Assembly: GCA_003971905.1 (NCBI GenBank) | Contig: RSEE01000019.1 | Coordinates: 558,001-622,000 of the forward strand | Reading direction: 5' to 3' | Length of the DNA: 64,000 nt | From: Moniliella sp. 'wahieum' | Taxonomy: Eukaryota | The notes under the pieces: generated by a model | Seen by the model: only the letters and a program-made list of their open reading frames with translations | What the model was told of the DNA's origin: nothing | Databases searched by the model: none | In this document: piece by piece, positions 38,347 through 51,413 of the stretch | How the letters are laid out: each line of letters opens with the position of its first letter | Position numbering within the stretch: the first letter of the stretch is position 1 | Position numbers and translations under genes: made by a program

Positions 38347-41300
38347 TTACGCCTCAGGCAATTCCCCTTCTTCCGCCTCCCCTTCCTCTGGCTCCGACTC
38401 CAGTGACTCCATCGCAACCGGTGCCACTGCCGGAGCTGGCGGGACAGGCAGATCCGACTTGGTCGCTTCGATCGGCACAGGGGAGCGGGAGCGTGAGCGC
38501 GAGCGGGAGTGGGAGCGGGAGTGGGAGCGGGAGTGGGAGGGAGAACGCGTGAAAACGTGCGCCTTGCCATTCAGCTTGACCAAGTCCGGCTTGTCCTCAG
38601 CCTCCAGCCCAACCCCTGCAGCGGGAGAGGGGCCTGCCAACGTTGGGGGCACAGAGTCCGGCTTGGGAGTAGGCTCTGGCAATTGCGCTTCTTCCTCCAG
38701 GTCATGGCCTTGCGCAGCGACGGACGCAGGTTCAGACTTTGCTCGGGCTCAGGTGCAGATTGAGCCTCTTGCTCCTGCTCCTGCTCTTGCTCTTGTCTTG
38801 TTCTTCCCTCGGCTCCTGTTTGGGCTCCTGTTCCGGGTCCAGCTCTTGTTCCTGCTCCGGCGCTGCTCTCGCTCCTGCTCCAGCTCCGCCTCCTGCACTG
38901 ACACCTGCTCCGGCTCCTGTTCCTGTTCCGGCTCTTGCTCTTGCTCTTGCTCCGGCTCTTTGTCATGGACCTTGGCAGGCACGGAACCCTTCTCAGGCTC
39001 TTGCCCAGGTTGTTCCCCAGGAACATGTTGCGACACTGGTGTGGGCGGGCCGCGCTCCGGCTCCTGCTCTGGCTCCTGGGCTCGCTCCGACCCAGACTGG
39101 GACGGGGGCGCAGGGGGCTCGTCCGCACCTGCACCGGGTCCGCGTCTGCGCCTGAACCGGAACCGGAACCTGGCGACGGGGACCGTGGCGGTGGCGGGTG
39201 TGGGGGAGACGCGGCGTGGGCGAGGTAAGCGCGCCAGGGGCAGGATGCGACTCGACGTTCTTCTCGCGCTCCGGCTCGGTGGGGTCCTCAGTCGGCTCAG
39301 GCAGCGAGGGCGGGCGTGTGGTTGCGGCTGTCGTTGGCGAGGCCGGGTCGTGGGCTCTGCGTCTCGGGCTGCAGGGCCAAGAGCGGCGTTGGAGCGAGGT
39401 GGCCAAGGCGGATTGCGGTCCGGATCCGCTTCCCGATTCCCATCCCGATCCCTATCCAGATCCTCATCCAGGTCCATCCGGTCATCTCCTCCTCTGCCTG
39501 CGCCCGGGTGAGAATCGGCGGGCGCAAGCGACGCAGATCCGTTCGCCTGCGCGGGGGCGGCAACGATCCGTCTGCCTCGCCCGTACCGACGGCAGGACTG
39601 GCTTGCCGAGCCACGTGCCCGGGCTCGTCAGCGCCAGCAGCCAACTTGTCCTCTGCGTCGGGCGCGGCAGGAGCACGACCCGAGCCAGTTTCCCCGCCTG
39701 CCGCGGGGGCGATTCCCGCAGCTCATCCGACTCTTCCGTCTGGCCGCGCGCGACCGCGTGTGGCACACTTCTCTTTTCGTCGGTTTGCCCGCCGCCTTGG
39801 ACGCAGGCGGACTGGGTTGCGAGCCCACCAGAGACCCGTCCCACTGCGCCCACCCGCACCACGAGGCTTGGCTTTGGTCCCACTGGACGACCTCGGTTCT
39901 TGGCTTGCGTCCCGGCCGCCGCAGGTACATCCGACGCCACTCGTTTCCGTCCACCTGTAGCGCAGCCGCAGCCAACGGCGTTGGCGCCCGTGCTGGCATC
40001 GCATCAGGAGCCGCTGCCACCAATGGCATCGGAGCCGAGAGTGGCGCGGGTGCAGACGCAGGCGCAGGCGCCGACCCCATGCCGCGTGCCATCCCGGCCC
40101 CACTCGCCGCCAGACCCAACAGCGCCGCTGCACCATCGTCCTCCCGCGACCGACTAGCGCGCATCGTCGACGTCAAGGGCGTGTCCGAATCGCTGTCGGA
40201 TGCGCCGTCGGGTTTGGCCGTGGCCAAGGGCGGGGCAGACTTGCGTGCGGCCGCAGTGGGCTTCTTCTTGGTCCCGCACGCTGCTGGCCCTTGGCCCAGT
40301 GACCAGGGGCAGGAGTGGGAGTCGGGGTCAAGTTGGAAGTGGAGGTGGCCCGCGGCGCGGACGCACGCGGTTTGCGTTTGCGCGCGGCGGTCGTGGTGGT
40401 CGCTGGGCCGCTGGGGTAGCAAGCAATAGGGCGCCGCCAGAGGGGGTCTTTTTCCGAGTACGTTTCTTTTTGTCCTTGTCGTCTTTTTTCGCTGCGCCCG
40501 CGCGCCACCGCACGCGCAACGGGCGAGTGCGCACTGTGCAGCGGCCGATCCGAGCTACCGTCGGACCCAGAAGGAGGGCGACGGACCGGTCAGCGGCCAT
40601 TGCGCCGGCAGGACCGGGCGGAGGCGGGAAAAACCCAGGACCGCGCCCGAGCGCCATCCCGCCCGAGCCAGGGCGAAACCCAGCGGGGGGAGGAACGCTG
40701 GACGCAGACCAGTCCGGCTCGACCGGCGCGCCGTCATAACCGTGTCGCGGGTACGGCAGGGGCGGGGGGAAGGAAGGGTGGGGGCCATATGGCGGTGGGT
40801 AGGGCGCGCCTTGTTGCAAGGGAGGCGGTGGGGGACCCATTTGGGACCCCATCTGCGATCCCATCGGTCCCATCGGGCCCATCGGGCCCATCCGCGCTGG
40901 CCCACCGCCGGACGGGGCGCACCCAGTACCGACACACCGGGTGGCCCGGATGGTGCGTACGCCGATCGAATTCCCGCTCGGGCGGTGGGAAGCGATGCAA
41001 ATCCATCCCGGGCTGGCCATGCCGTGGCGGAGGGAGCTCGGCATCGGCAGGATGGGGGTAGGCGCTGTTGCTTTGTGCTGGTGGGGGCGGGAGCAACGGC
41101 GCACCGCGCGCACCCGGAGGAGTGACACAGGCGACATGTGGGCCCCATTGGGCGCCACACCCGGCGCAATGCGCACTGGACTACCCGGATTCGCGGCGCC
41201 GGCACTTACGCCTCCGCCGCCGGGGCGAGCCATCGTGGAAGGCGAGGCAGATTCGGCCGGGTCGGCTTGGTTGCGTAGCGCGGCAATACGTTCCTGAACA

Positions 41301-42526
41301 TGCGGGTTATTGGGATCGAGGTTGTGGGCGCGAACGTAGGCGTCGAGCGCGTCGGCGGTCTGGTTGTTGCACGACTCGTACAAGTGGCCCAAGTCAATCC
41401 AGACTTCGGGAATGTCGGGGTTGAGGCGAATGGCGCGCGAGTACGCGTCGAGCGCGTCGCGGTACTGGTGGATGGTGTAGTACAACGCGCCAATTGAAGA
41501 CCAAAACTCGGGGTCCTTGTTGTTGCGGTACACGGCTTGTTGGTACGCCTCGTAGGCCTTCTCGTAGTTGTCGGAGGCCATGTAGGCGCGCCGAGCAGGT
41601 ACCAACTCTTTGCATCGTCCCCGTCCGATTTGAGTGAGACAGTGAGCAGCTCCACCGCACGGTCCTGGTCGGTGAAGCCAGTGTCGGGCTGGTGATAGAG
41701 CCAGCCAAGCTGCTGGAGCACTTTGGCATGGGTCGGGATGCTGGCTAGCACATTCTCGTACGCCTCCTTGGCCGCAACAAACTGCTTGTCCATTTCGCAT
41801 ACATGGCCGATTTGGAACCAAATGTCGACCTGGGTCAGCGGGGGCGGGGGGTTGGGGGGATGTAGCGGAAGCACTCGTTGGAGGCGGCGTATTTCTCCTG
41901 CTGCTTGTAGATGATGCCGAGGCGGAAGTAGATCTCGTTGGCTTTGTCATAGTCGGGGTCGATGCGGACGACGGAGGCAAAGGCCTCCTCGGCGTGGTCG
42001 AGACTGCCGTACCGGTCATAGAGGATGCCGATGCCGTACCAGAGACGAGGCTCCTTGGGGTTGGGGAGGTGGTAGAGGGCTTGTTGGTAGGCCATGTAGG
42101 CCTTCTGGAGGTCGTCGAGCATCAGGTAGCAGTGGCCCAGGGCGCCCCAGGCCTCGCCATCGTCGGGGGCGAGGGCGAGGGCCTGCTGGAAGCGTCGACG
42201 GCAAGGGGGTAGTCGTCGTTGGCGCGGTGGACGGCGGCGACGCCCTTGAGGGCGGCACGGAGCGGGGGTTGTGGCGAAGGGCGTGCTGGTAGGCATCGAG
42301 GGCCTCTGGGGAGGCGCCCATGGCATCGGCGGCGCTGCCGATGGCGAGCACGCCTGCTCGTTGGCGGCGGCGAGGCGGGCGGCGGCGGGTGGAGGGTGGG
42401 GGGGCGTCGGGGGCGTCGGGGTTGGGGTGGGGGGTGGGGGGGGCGGCGGGGGCGGAGGGCGGGGGGCGGGGGGGGCATGGCGGCGTTGGGCGGGCGGGGC
42501 GGCGGGGGCGAGTGGGCGGGGGGCAT
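38347..42526 (-). CDS. SSN6: TPR co-repressor Ssn6/Cyc8 with a long low-complexity C-terminus
   Basis: WGALGHCYLMLDDLQKAYMAYQQALYHLPNPKEPRLWYGIGILYDRYGSLDHAEEAF, NEIYFRLGIIYKQQ, DIWFQIGHV, HAKVLQQLGWLYHQ, AYEAYQQAVYR and YRDALDAYSRAIRLNP. Ends approximate. Confidence 0.93.
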
Positions 42527-42595
42527 GCTGGCAAGCGAGGGAGGGCCGCGTCAGCTGGGCGGCTGGGCTAGTGCAGCGCACTCGGGGGATGGGGC

Positions 42596-42685
42596 GGGAT
42601 GGGGCGGAAGGCGGATGGGCGGAAGGGCGGATGGGCGGATGGGCGGATGGGCGATGGGCGGATGGGCGGATGGGCAGATGGGCCG
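42596..42685 (+). repeat. Octamer GGGCGGAT tandem repeat upstream of SSN6
   Basis: About 9-10 degenerate GGGCGGA(T/A) copies read directly from the sequence. Confidence 0.85.
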
Positions 42686-44330
42686 GACAGAGTAGGACAA
42701 GCAGGCCAGCGCAGACAGCACGCAAGGAGGCGCAGCAAGGGCGTGTGCGTCTGCAGCCAGAAGAAGGAGCGGCGCCGGCGAGGCGTGTGGGCGGGAAAGA
42801 GCGAGGCGCTTCGCACCCCAGCGTGCCCCCCAGCTCGGGCGTGTCGGCGGCCGGCTGTCCGGTGTGGCCTGCCGGCCTGCGCCGGCCCGGGCCACGCGGC
42901 GCTCGGCCGCCGCTGCACTGCCCTTGCGCCGCTGCCTGGCACGGGGCAGGTGCCGCCTGTGCTGCGCTGCCCTCTGCCGCTCCCGCTCTGCTCTGGTGCA
43001 CACTGCCCCTCTGCCTGCGCCATGCGCTCCCCCGTGCAGGTGCAGCGGCGCACCCCAGCACACTGCCTTCCTGCGGCTGCGCCAGCCCAGGGTGCTTGCA
43101 TGCTGCATGCTCCCCTCCTGTGTCCGAGCGCACGCAGGCCGAGTGAGCCAGTGGCCCAGTGGCCCAGGCGCCTGGTGACCCTTGCATGCCCGCGCCGTGG
43201 ACCCAGCGCCTTGGTGCTTGGACCCAGCCCAGCCAGGGCCAGCCTGGGCAGCCGAGGCAGCCCCCATGCCAGGCTGCACCCGCCAAGGCCAGGGACAGCC
43301 ACTGCGCTCGGGACATGTGCTGCTGCATGGCATGCGGCTGCCCTCGTGCTCGCCCCATCGCGCCCAGCGCCCATCCTGCGTGCGACTCTGCGCCAACACC
43401 GCCGCCGCCCCCGAGCCGTCACATCCGTCACACACTCTGCCCCCCTGCCCCCCTGCCTGCCCCCGCCGGCGGCCCTGGGCGCCGTTCGTGTGGCCGAGCA
43501 AGAGCAACGCCCCACTCCCGCTTGCTGGCCCTCGGCCTTCCCGCTTCCAACCCCATCCGCTGCCAGCTGCACGCGCCACGTCACCCGCCTCACCCTCCGG
43601 CCAGCCCCACGCACACCCCCGCCCGCCTGCCAGCTTGAAACATTGCACCCACCCCGCCTGCCTTTCTGGGGTTTCACCCTGGCGTCGTACCATACAGCCC
43701 GTCTCCAATCGACGTATATCCACGGTAGGCAGGCCCACGACGTTTTCTTCTTCCTCTGCTGTCCTTATCACCTCACCTCCCTTTTCCTTTCGCCCTTGCA
43801 ACCCGCTGCCTTGCTGCTCATCCCAGCCGCCGTCCCTACCTGGTTCGCCCCCCACCAACCTCGGCACCACAACCGCGTCCGTCGCGAGGGCCAACAGTAC
43901 AAGGGTGAGCGGCATTGGCGCCGGGTAAAGTGCCTACCTCACCGCGTCATCCTCTCCCCCTTTCACCCACAGCACTATAACTCCAACCTCAGTTTTTCTC
44001 TTTCGCTGCTCCATCTGATGACGATGATGAGTTGAAGAATCGGATTGATGGAGGACGCTTGAAGAGGTTCGGGATCAGACCCACCTGATGGTCACCCATA
44101 GTCACCAGGTGCACTGACTGATCCCTGATTCGTTCTAGACCCTGTTTTCCCCCTTCGTTGTCTATGCTCCCTTTCTTTCTCGTGTGATTCAGCCTGAATT
44201 CGCATGTCTCTTCTCCGAGGCATATATCCCTCGCCCCCTTTCCACTCGATGAATAGGATCCTCATCCTTTCCCCCATCTCCATCTCCTGTTAAATTAAGT
44301 TAAAGAGCCGGGAGTGCTGTGCTCGATGAG

Positions 44331-44406
44331 CGAGAATATGACAATAACGATCCCCAAACTTTAGAACGACCGAGAATATGACAACGATCGACAAACTTTA
44401 GAACGG
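44331..44406 (+). repeat. Imperfect tandem duplication of about 40 bp
   Basis: CGAGAATATGACAATAACGATCCCCAAACTTTAGAACGAC followed by CGAGAATATGACAACGATCGACAAACTTTAGAACGG. Confidence 0.85.
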
Positions 44407-45546
44407 TGCTTTGGGCGTGCATATATTTTGGTTTTGCTCGTTAGGTCACGACTGTCTCGTTTTGCTTGGTCTAGGGTGCAGAGCCACTCGATGACCCTGT
44501 GTAGTAGATCACTTGGGACAAACCGCCTCCCCTTCTTGCCATAACCAACACCTTGGTAGTTCGTTGGCTTCCGCCCCATCCCATCCATCCCACATCAACC
44601 CCGCTGGTGCAGCATCTCGCGACCGGGTCCTCGTTCACCCCTGGGCGGCGAGTCCCCGCAGTGCACGCCGAATCCCCTTCCGTAAAGACGGGCTGTTAGC
44701 CCGTGACAGTAGGTACACCCTTTTTTCTCAGTGTCGGAGCTGCCATCGGCCGTAGGTTGCGATCATATACATGCACACGGAGGGAAAGATGAGAGGGGGG
44801 TGCGACGCCGCCGACCTTCTAAGCTGAGGTCAACGTTTTCACCACTTTTTCCAACTGGGCTCAGTCAGGCTTCTGGCAGAATGATTAATGAGGAGAGTGT
44901 GCATGGTGAGTGCGGTGGGCGCCAAGCCGAAACGCTGAGCCGCTGAGCCGCTGAGGCCGAACCGGGAACCAAGCACCCAAAAGGAATAAGCCGCCAAGGT
45001 AAGGTGACGCGGCGATGTGGCGTCACAGCTGCACCGAGCTGAGACACACTATAGTCATCTAGTCATCAGCGCTGCGCTGCGCTCCGCGCTCCTCCATTGT
45101 ACAAGCGGTGTGGGCCAGAAAGGAAGGGGGATGGGTTGGGCGGCTGAGACCGGAGATGCGCAGGCTAAGTAGCTGAGTCCTGAGGCTCAGGCTGAGGAGC
45201 AAACGTGAACTTTCTCCGTCTTCGGATCTCACAGATCTCACATGCTCCCAGCGCGTAGCCGGTGTTGGGATCGATGAGATCTGAAATCTGAAAAGCACAT
45301 CCAGAAGCTTTTGGAAAGTGAGCCCGTGCACCCGGCACCCGAGTAGACGTCCCTACTATCTCACTCAAAAGTCAAAAGGGCAATAGGTGGGTGCTCAGAC
45401 AAACCAGCGCAAGTCGCTCTTCTTCATCCGTCCCAGGCCGAGGCGGCGGCGAGGTATAGTAGGAAGTTACAGTGCTCCCAGTTTGTAGGGGCACACTATG
45501 ATGTGCAAAAGACCCAAGTTATGTGGGCCTCCCAGTTGGTAGGCAC

Positions 45547-45808
45547 GTATAATGATCCTGGTTACCCAGCGATGTCCTAAGTGCAGTTATGCAGTGGTAG
45601 AGAGAAGACAGGAGCTGGGTTGAACGTTGAACGTTGAACGTTAAACGTTGAACCTAGACTGAGGATCAGAAGAAAAGAAAAAGAGAAGAAGGAGACGGAG
45701 GAAGAGTGGCACAAGGCCAGAGGATAGGGATACCGACGCTGTGGTGCTCGGATGTAAGAGGGTCAGGATGACCTCGGAGGTGGTTGGCCCTTCGGACCCT
45801 GGTCAACA
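45547..45808 (-). mobile_element. Probable solo LTR of a Copia-related family
   Basis: The minus strand starts TGTTGACCA, as do the LTRs of the neighbouring Copia. It interrupts a degenerate repeat of about 50 bp. The other end and a target-site duplication are not clear. Confidence 0.4.
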
Positions 45809-46371
45809 ACACTATGATGTGCAAAAGAAGTCACAGGCCTCCTAGTTTGTAGGCACGATATGATGTGCTTTGCCTGGCTTCATTATGTTTTTGAATCAAG
45901 GTGTGGGGGAGTGGTGGGGCTAATAATATAGGAGGACGGGTGATGCTGATGGTGATGGGCTTTTGGCAGTGGTGGATGGCTACGCGAAGTCAGACCTCAG
46001 ATTCAGCAGAGGTCTGTTGAATGCTGAACGTTGAACGTTGAGGCTGTGGAGGTGGCGTCTGTGTCGGACGCCAGGCCGACACCCCCGCGTGCTCTTCGCT
46101 GGGGCAGGCTGAGGTCACAGAGAGGAGACGGTCAGACCCTCACAGGAGTGTGTTATACAGAAAAGAAGAGAATTGAATGTCGTTCAAGTTGAACGTTGAC
46201 CCGTTGACCATTGACCAAAGATGATAATTGACCATTGACCCCGTCAATATGCAATGGCGCGATGAGAAAGATGACGATGCCAGAGACGAACTCAGCATCG
46301 TTCGCAGCTGCGCCTCAGCGCTCAGCATTGCATGAATGTTCAACGTTGAGTTCAACCTTTTGTTCAACATT

Positions 46372-46581
46372 TGTCACAGGCCTAGCTAGCGATGCTGGCG
46401 ATGGTCGATGGAGATGGCATTCAAGAGCTAAGGAGAGCTAGAGCTATGGGCCTTGATAGGCTCCTGGCCTGGAGGCCAGTGGAAACCCGTGGAAGGGTCG
46501 GAACTCACTGCCCCGGTGCACTGTGTGGATCGGGCCACGTGTCACTGAGGCCGATGGGCTCTAGACCACTGGTGGTCAACA
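46372..46581 (-). repeat. Copia 3' LTR (210 bp)
   Basis: Matches 51414-51624 except for one single-base indel by visual comparison. Confidence 0.95.
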
Positions 46582-49500
46582 CCCCCGCTGGCCAGAGGTC
46601 TCAGTGGTACGATGGAAGGTTGTAACGTCCTCAAGCTTGAGGCGAGGCAAGTTGGCCAGGAGTGAGACCTTAGTGGCTGGTTTGGTGAGGATGTCGGCCG
46701 GGTTCTCGTTTCCAGCAATGTGCGCGATTTTGACTTCGCCCGAGTCGACATGCTGGCGTACGTTGTGGTACCGGATGTTCAGCTCACGTAGTTTGCCCGT
46801 GCTGCCCACTTTTTCGGCCAAGGCAAGTGCCGCCATGTTGTCGCAGTACCAGTGTATGGGCTCGTCTGAGGTGATGGCACCGAGCTCCAGTAAGATGTTT
46901 TTAACGTAGTTCGCATCAATGAGGCCCTCATATCCCGCCGTATATTCGGCCGCAGCAGTGTTGGTGACGCTCTTGGTTGACGCACGCTCCTCCAGGACAC
47001 TGGAACCCCGTAGACGAAAAGCAGGCATCCCGACGTGGAACGCCATTGGTCAGGGTCTCCAGCCAGGTCGGCATCCGTGTATAGCGCGAGAGCGGGTGCG
47101 TTAGGCTCGGGTGTTAGTCGGAGACCGTAGCCCTTGGTACCGTAGAGGTAGCGGAGGAAGTTTTTGTTGCCGCAGCGCGGTGGGCCTTGGAGGGATCGGC
47201 AGTTGCTCGGCTTAGAGCTGAGATGCCGAACAGCGCATCAGGGCGGCACATGCGGGCAGCCCACAGCCCAGATCCTACTTTGGCTTGATAGTCGCGTCTC
47301 TCGGCGGGCAGTGCGGGCGGTTCGGGGTCGGTGCGCGCGGGGATCATCTTGCTGGGGTGGGGGAGGCCCATAACCAGGGGTGGCGGAACCTCATGTTGGC
47401 AATGGATTCCTCAATGAATTTTGGCTGGCTAAGGTACAGTTTCCCGTTTATGGTGTCGTACTGGCAGCCAGATGGTAGTTGTAGGGGGCCGTTTCCCCGC
47501 ACCTCGATATGGGTGTTGATCTCAGTGAGGAAGGAATCGTAGCGTGCGTGAGACGTGCAGGCGATGAGAAGATCGTCGGTGTGCACGGCAAGGAGGACCG
47601 TGTCGCCTTTACGGGGTCGGATGAACAAGCACGGCTCAGCCAGAGATTGTACAAAACCCATGTCTCCGCGGAGCAAGTCACGGATGAATACCGCCCAGTT
47701 TGCGCCGGATTGGTGGAGGCCATATAGGCTTTTCCGGAGACGCCGACCTTGCCTTTTCCTCGGGAAAGAATGGGGGTGGGCGGAGGTACACTTTTTCCGT
47801 GAGGGGAGCGTTCAAATAGGCAGAGTGCACATCAGCAGTGAAGAGGTGGAGGCCGAACTTTCCAGCAAGGGCGATAAGGCTGAGGATGGCAGGAGTGCGC
47901 ACGGCAGGGCGAATGTTTGTCCCCATGTTCAGCATCCTGCTGGTGGCCCCGGCAACGAGACGGGCTCGGTAGCGTAGAAATTTCCGTCCGCGTCCGTTTG
48001 GTGTTGATGCGCCATAGACCAATCAGCAGCTGCGCGTCTGGAGGGGGCGTGACGATTCGAATGTGCCGTAGCGGGCTAGGGTGTATTTCCGTGCGCATCG
48101 CCTCCAGCACTGGTTCGAATGAGGGGTTGGATTGGAGGCCCTTCATTGTCTTGGGTGCACAGGTACTCCGTCCTTGTGAGCTGGATGCGCTCGTGCGGCC
48201 CTGGCTCGCTAAGGGCGATCATCGCCTGTATCAGGCGGATGGAGACCGTCGCTGTACGCGGGCAGGGCAGTGTCGGGCAGTGGGAAGCGTAGGCCGATCG
48301 CAGGACTACGACTACCGTCAGGGAGGGGAACCGGAGGCAGCGCGGCAGCGTGTGCGTGGAAGTCACCATCATGAGGGTCGTCCGCTACGGGGAGCTGTGC
48401 CCAGTCAAGTCAAAACGGCGCTGGTGGGTCCGGGCGGGGTACCGTCTGGTGGTGGGGGTGGTTGGATGGGTGTCGTTTGTCTTGCGATGGTCGCGTCAGT
48501 ATCAGTGTTGATTCTCGGTGGTGTGTTGGGATTTGCAACTTCAATTTTGTTTCATTTTTTCTTCTCCCTTTTTGGTTTCAGTGTCAGTCATAGTTCTGTC
48601 AGGCAGGGGTTGAGCGGGAAGCGAGATACGTCAGGCGGAAGCGGTCGGGGAAACCTCGTGGTATTGGCGCTGGGTCCACTTGTATGGTTTTGCCCATGGG
48701 ATCGGAACGTGCCCATGGACGGGTCGTACACAGCCCAGCGCCAACCCTTGTACCTCGACTGCGTCGTACCCGACGAGCATGGCTTCGACAGCCCGCGGAC
48801 TGAGCTTATGTCACGTTGGTCCTGGGCCAGGTGAAGGTACACCAAGGATCCGAAGGCGTGCATTGGCAGCGGTGGGGGTGACCCCTTGTACAGCTCAGCC
48901 CGAGATTGTGTGCCCTGGCGTGGAGATGTCGGTGGCATGAGGTTGTGCGTCCAGCACCCTGCCAGCAAGGCATCCTGCCACCAGTTTGATGTCGGGAGGC
49001 CCGAGGCGATGATGAGTTGGCGCGCGCGTGTGGTGATTGCCTGGATGGCTCGCTCGGCCACCCCATTTGATTGACTTTGGCCTGGTATGGTGGTTTCCGT
49101 CGTGATACCTTCGGATTCAAGGAACGGACGGACGGAGTGCGCTGGTGAGCTCGGGGGCATTGTCTGTCTTCAAGATGCGAAGCAGACGGTCCTTTCCGAT
49201 GCGTTGCTCGCGGGTGATGAGTTTTTTCAGCTCCGCCGTGGCTTGTCCTTTCGTCTTTAGGGGAACAGCGAAGGTGTAACGGCTCCAGTCATCAACCGCG
49301 ACCAGGGCGTATCCATGTCCCATGCCAGTGATGCGAGGGAGGTCGACTACGTCGGCGTGCAGTACTTCGAAAGGACGTTCCGAAATGCGGCGGCCGTGGC
49401 GCGAAGGGTGGCTGGGCGCTTTGGCCAGAGCTTTTGTGCAGGTGGGACAATGCCAGAAGGGGCGGATGCGTCGGATTTGGGCAGGGCTGACGCGGAGGCT

Positions 49501-51396
49501 CGCTCGCGCGTTGGCGGTTAGTGTCGGGAGTAGGTCTAGCGCGGCGTGGTTGTACTGTTGGTGAACGTACATGACGTGCTCGATGGTGTTGGCTGCGGTG
49601 TGTTGGGTGGCGACGGCAGCTTTGGCCGCGTGTTCGTTTGTGGGTGTCGGTTTCGGGACGATGTTCAGCTTGTATGAGGAATCCGCGATTTGGTGATATT
49701 TGCCATGCTTGTCATTTAACCAGATACCTTTTCGGTGGGGGGCGAACCAGGATGCGTGGCCTGCGTCACTTATTTGCGCTACGCTCGTGAGATTGCTTGC
49801 TATGCCGGGGACGTATAGACTGCCGGGTAGGTCTACATGGATACATTTGCCGTCGGTACACTTGATACCGATGCTACATGTTCCGCGTCCACTGGCTTTA
49901 ATATGTTTTCCATCAGCGATTTCGATTGAGCGGTTGCTGGGCTTGAGGGTTTTGAATACCCTGAGATCCTTCCAGATGCTAGGATCCGCGCCCGAGTCGT
50001 GACGAGACTGGATGTCCTGGTTGCCCGCGAGTTCCTATTTGTCAGATAGGGCAAGGTCCACAGACAGGGTCTCCCCTTCGGAGACGTCGTCTTCGGTGGC
50101 AATGTGCGCTCGCGCGGAGCTGTTGCGGTGCCATTTGTTGTTCGAAGGAACCCCGGTGTGGCCGGACGGCTTTCTCGCAAGAGCACCCCCGCTACGGGGA
50201 GATGCACCGGCAGGAGGACCCCCGCTATGCTGCTGGGATCCCGCGCTGTCGTGTTTGCCAGCGCCCGAGTTGGCGGTCCGGGGGTGACGGCCCCGGTACG
50301 GAATTCTGTACTCTGGGTCCGCTGGGATTCTCTCCACGTCTTGCATTGTCTCCGCCAGAGTCATGTGCTCTAGGCGGCGACGGTCACCAGGGTCGCGGAG
50401 GGCCCCGACGAGGATACGGCGGAATTGCTCGTCCGACATCGGTGTGGTTGCGCTGATCCGGTTGCGGAGCGTCCCCATTTCAGATAGGAACGCGCTCCCG
50501 CTGCGCCGGTTTTGGTAGCAGTGGTGAAAGCGACTGGACAATTCATGATACGTCTTGCAGTCGACCGTACCGTATTTGTTTCGCAGGGCACGGAGCAAGT
50601 CAGCTGACGTGTCAACGTTGTCCTGTGCAATAATGGCAGATTGAACGTCGTTCGGGAGGTGGGACCACAGAAGGTTCTGGAGGCGTAGATCGAGGGACGA
50701 GTCGTAGTGTGGTGACGATGGACCGGAGCGAACGATGTCCTTCGCGGCGGGGTGGATGCGGTCCAGGATGTTGAGGATGGAGGGCTCCCAGAGCACATAT
50801 TCGGTGGGGTCGCGGAAGGCGTCCTTGCGCGTCGCGTTGGTACGCTCGATCTCTTTTGACGCGCGTTTCTCAGCGTGGCGAAGCTCGGCCATGTCCTCAC
50901 TCGCGGATGCAAGGGCCTCACGGGTGTTTTGCGGCTTCGTGAATTCAACGGCCAATACATATTTCTCCAACGCGAGGGTGAGCGTGTAGATCCAATTTTC
51001 CTTTCCGCCCGGTGTTTTCTTGCTCTTCGGTCCATACGCCGCCGTGTGTGCATCCGTAGCGAACGAGCGGCATGTGGAGCGGAGATTGTCAGCGCTGGTG
51101 GGCTTGAACGCGCGGGTGCTTGCGAGGAGGTTGTCTCTGACGTCGGTGAGGGCCTGTTGCCAGGTCGGGTCGGAGACAGGGGTGGTGGTCGGTTCGTCGA
51201 TGTCCTGCGCCTCTTCGATGACAGAGACTTCGGGAGGAGGGGTGTTTTCTTCCAGTTCGGGGGGCATGGTGGCTGATTTTTCCTTTGTTTTTTTTGAATT
51301 GGTTGGTGTGTGGTGCCGATGGTGGCGTTGGGGTGGTGGTGGTGACGGTGGGCGCCGATGGTGGTGCTGAGTATTGATCCTTTGCGCCAGTGGGGT

Positions 51397-51413
51397 GCTT
51401 CAGATTGTAGCTC
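51397..51413 (-). promoter_or_regulatory. Putative primer-binding site complementary to a tRNA anticodon arm
   Basis: GAGCTACAATCTGAAGC abuts the 5' LTR. Its complement folds as TCAGA-TTGTAGC-TC(TG), a stem with a 7-nt loop. Confidence 0.6.

Noticed and set aside
41835..44035. Several overlapping 250-500 aa ORFs upstream of SSN6
   Set aside because: Very high GC suppresses stop codons in all frames; low complexity and no recognisable domain outside the TPR part.
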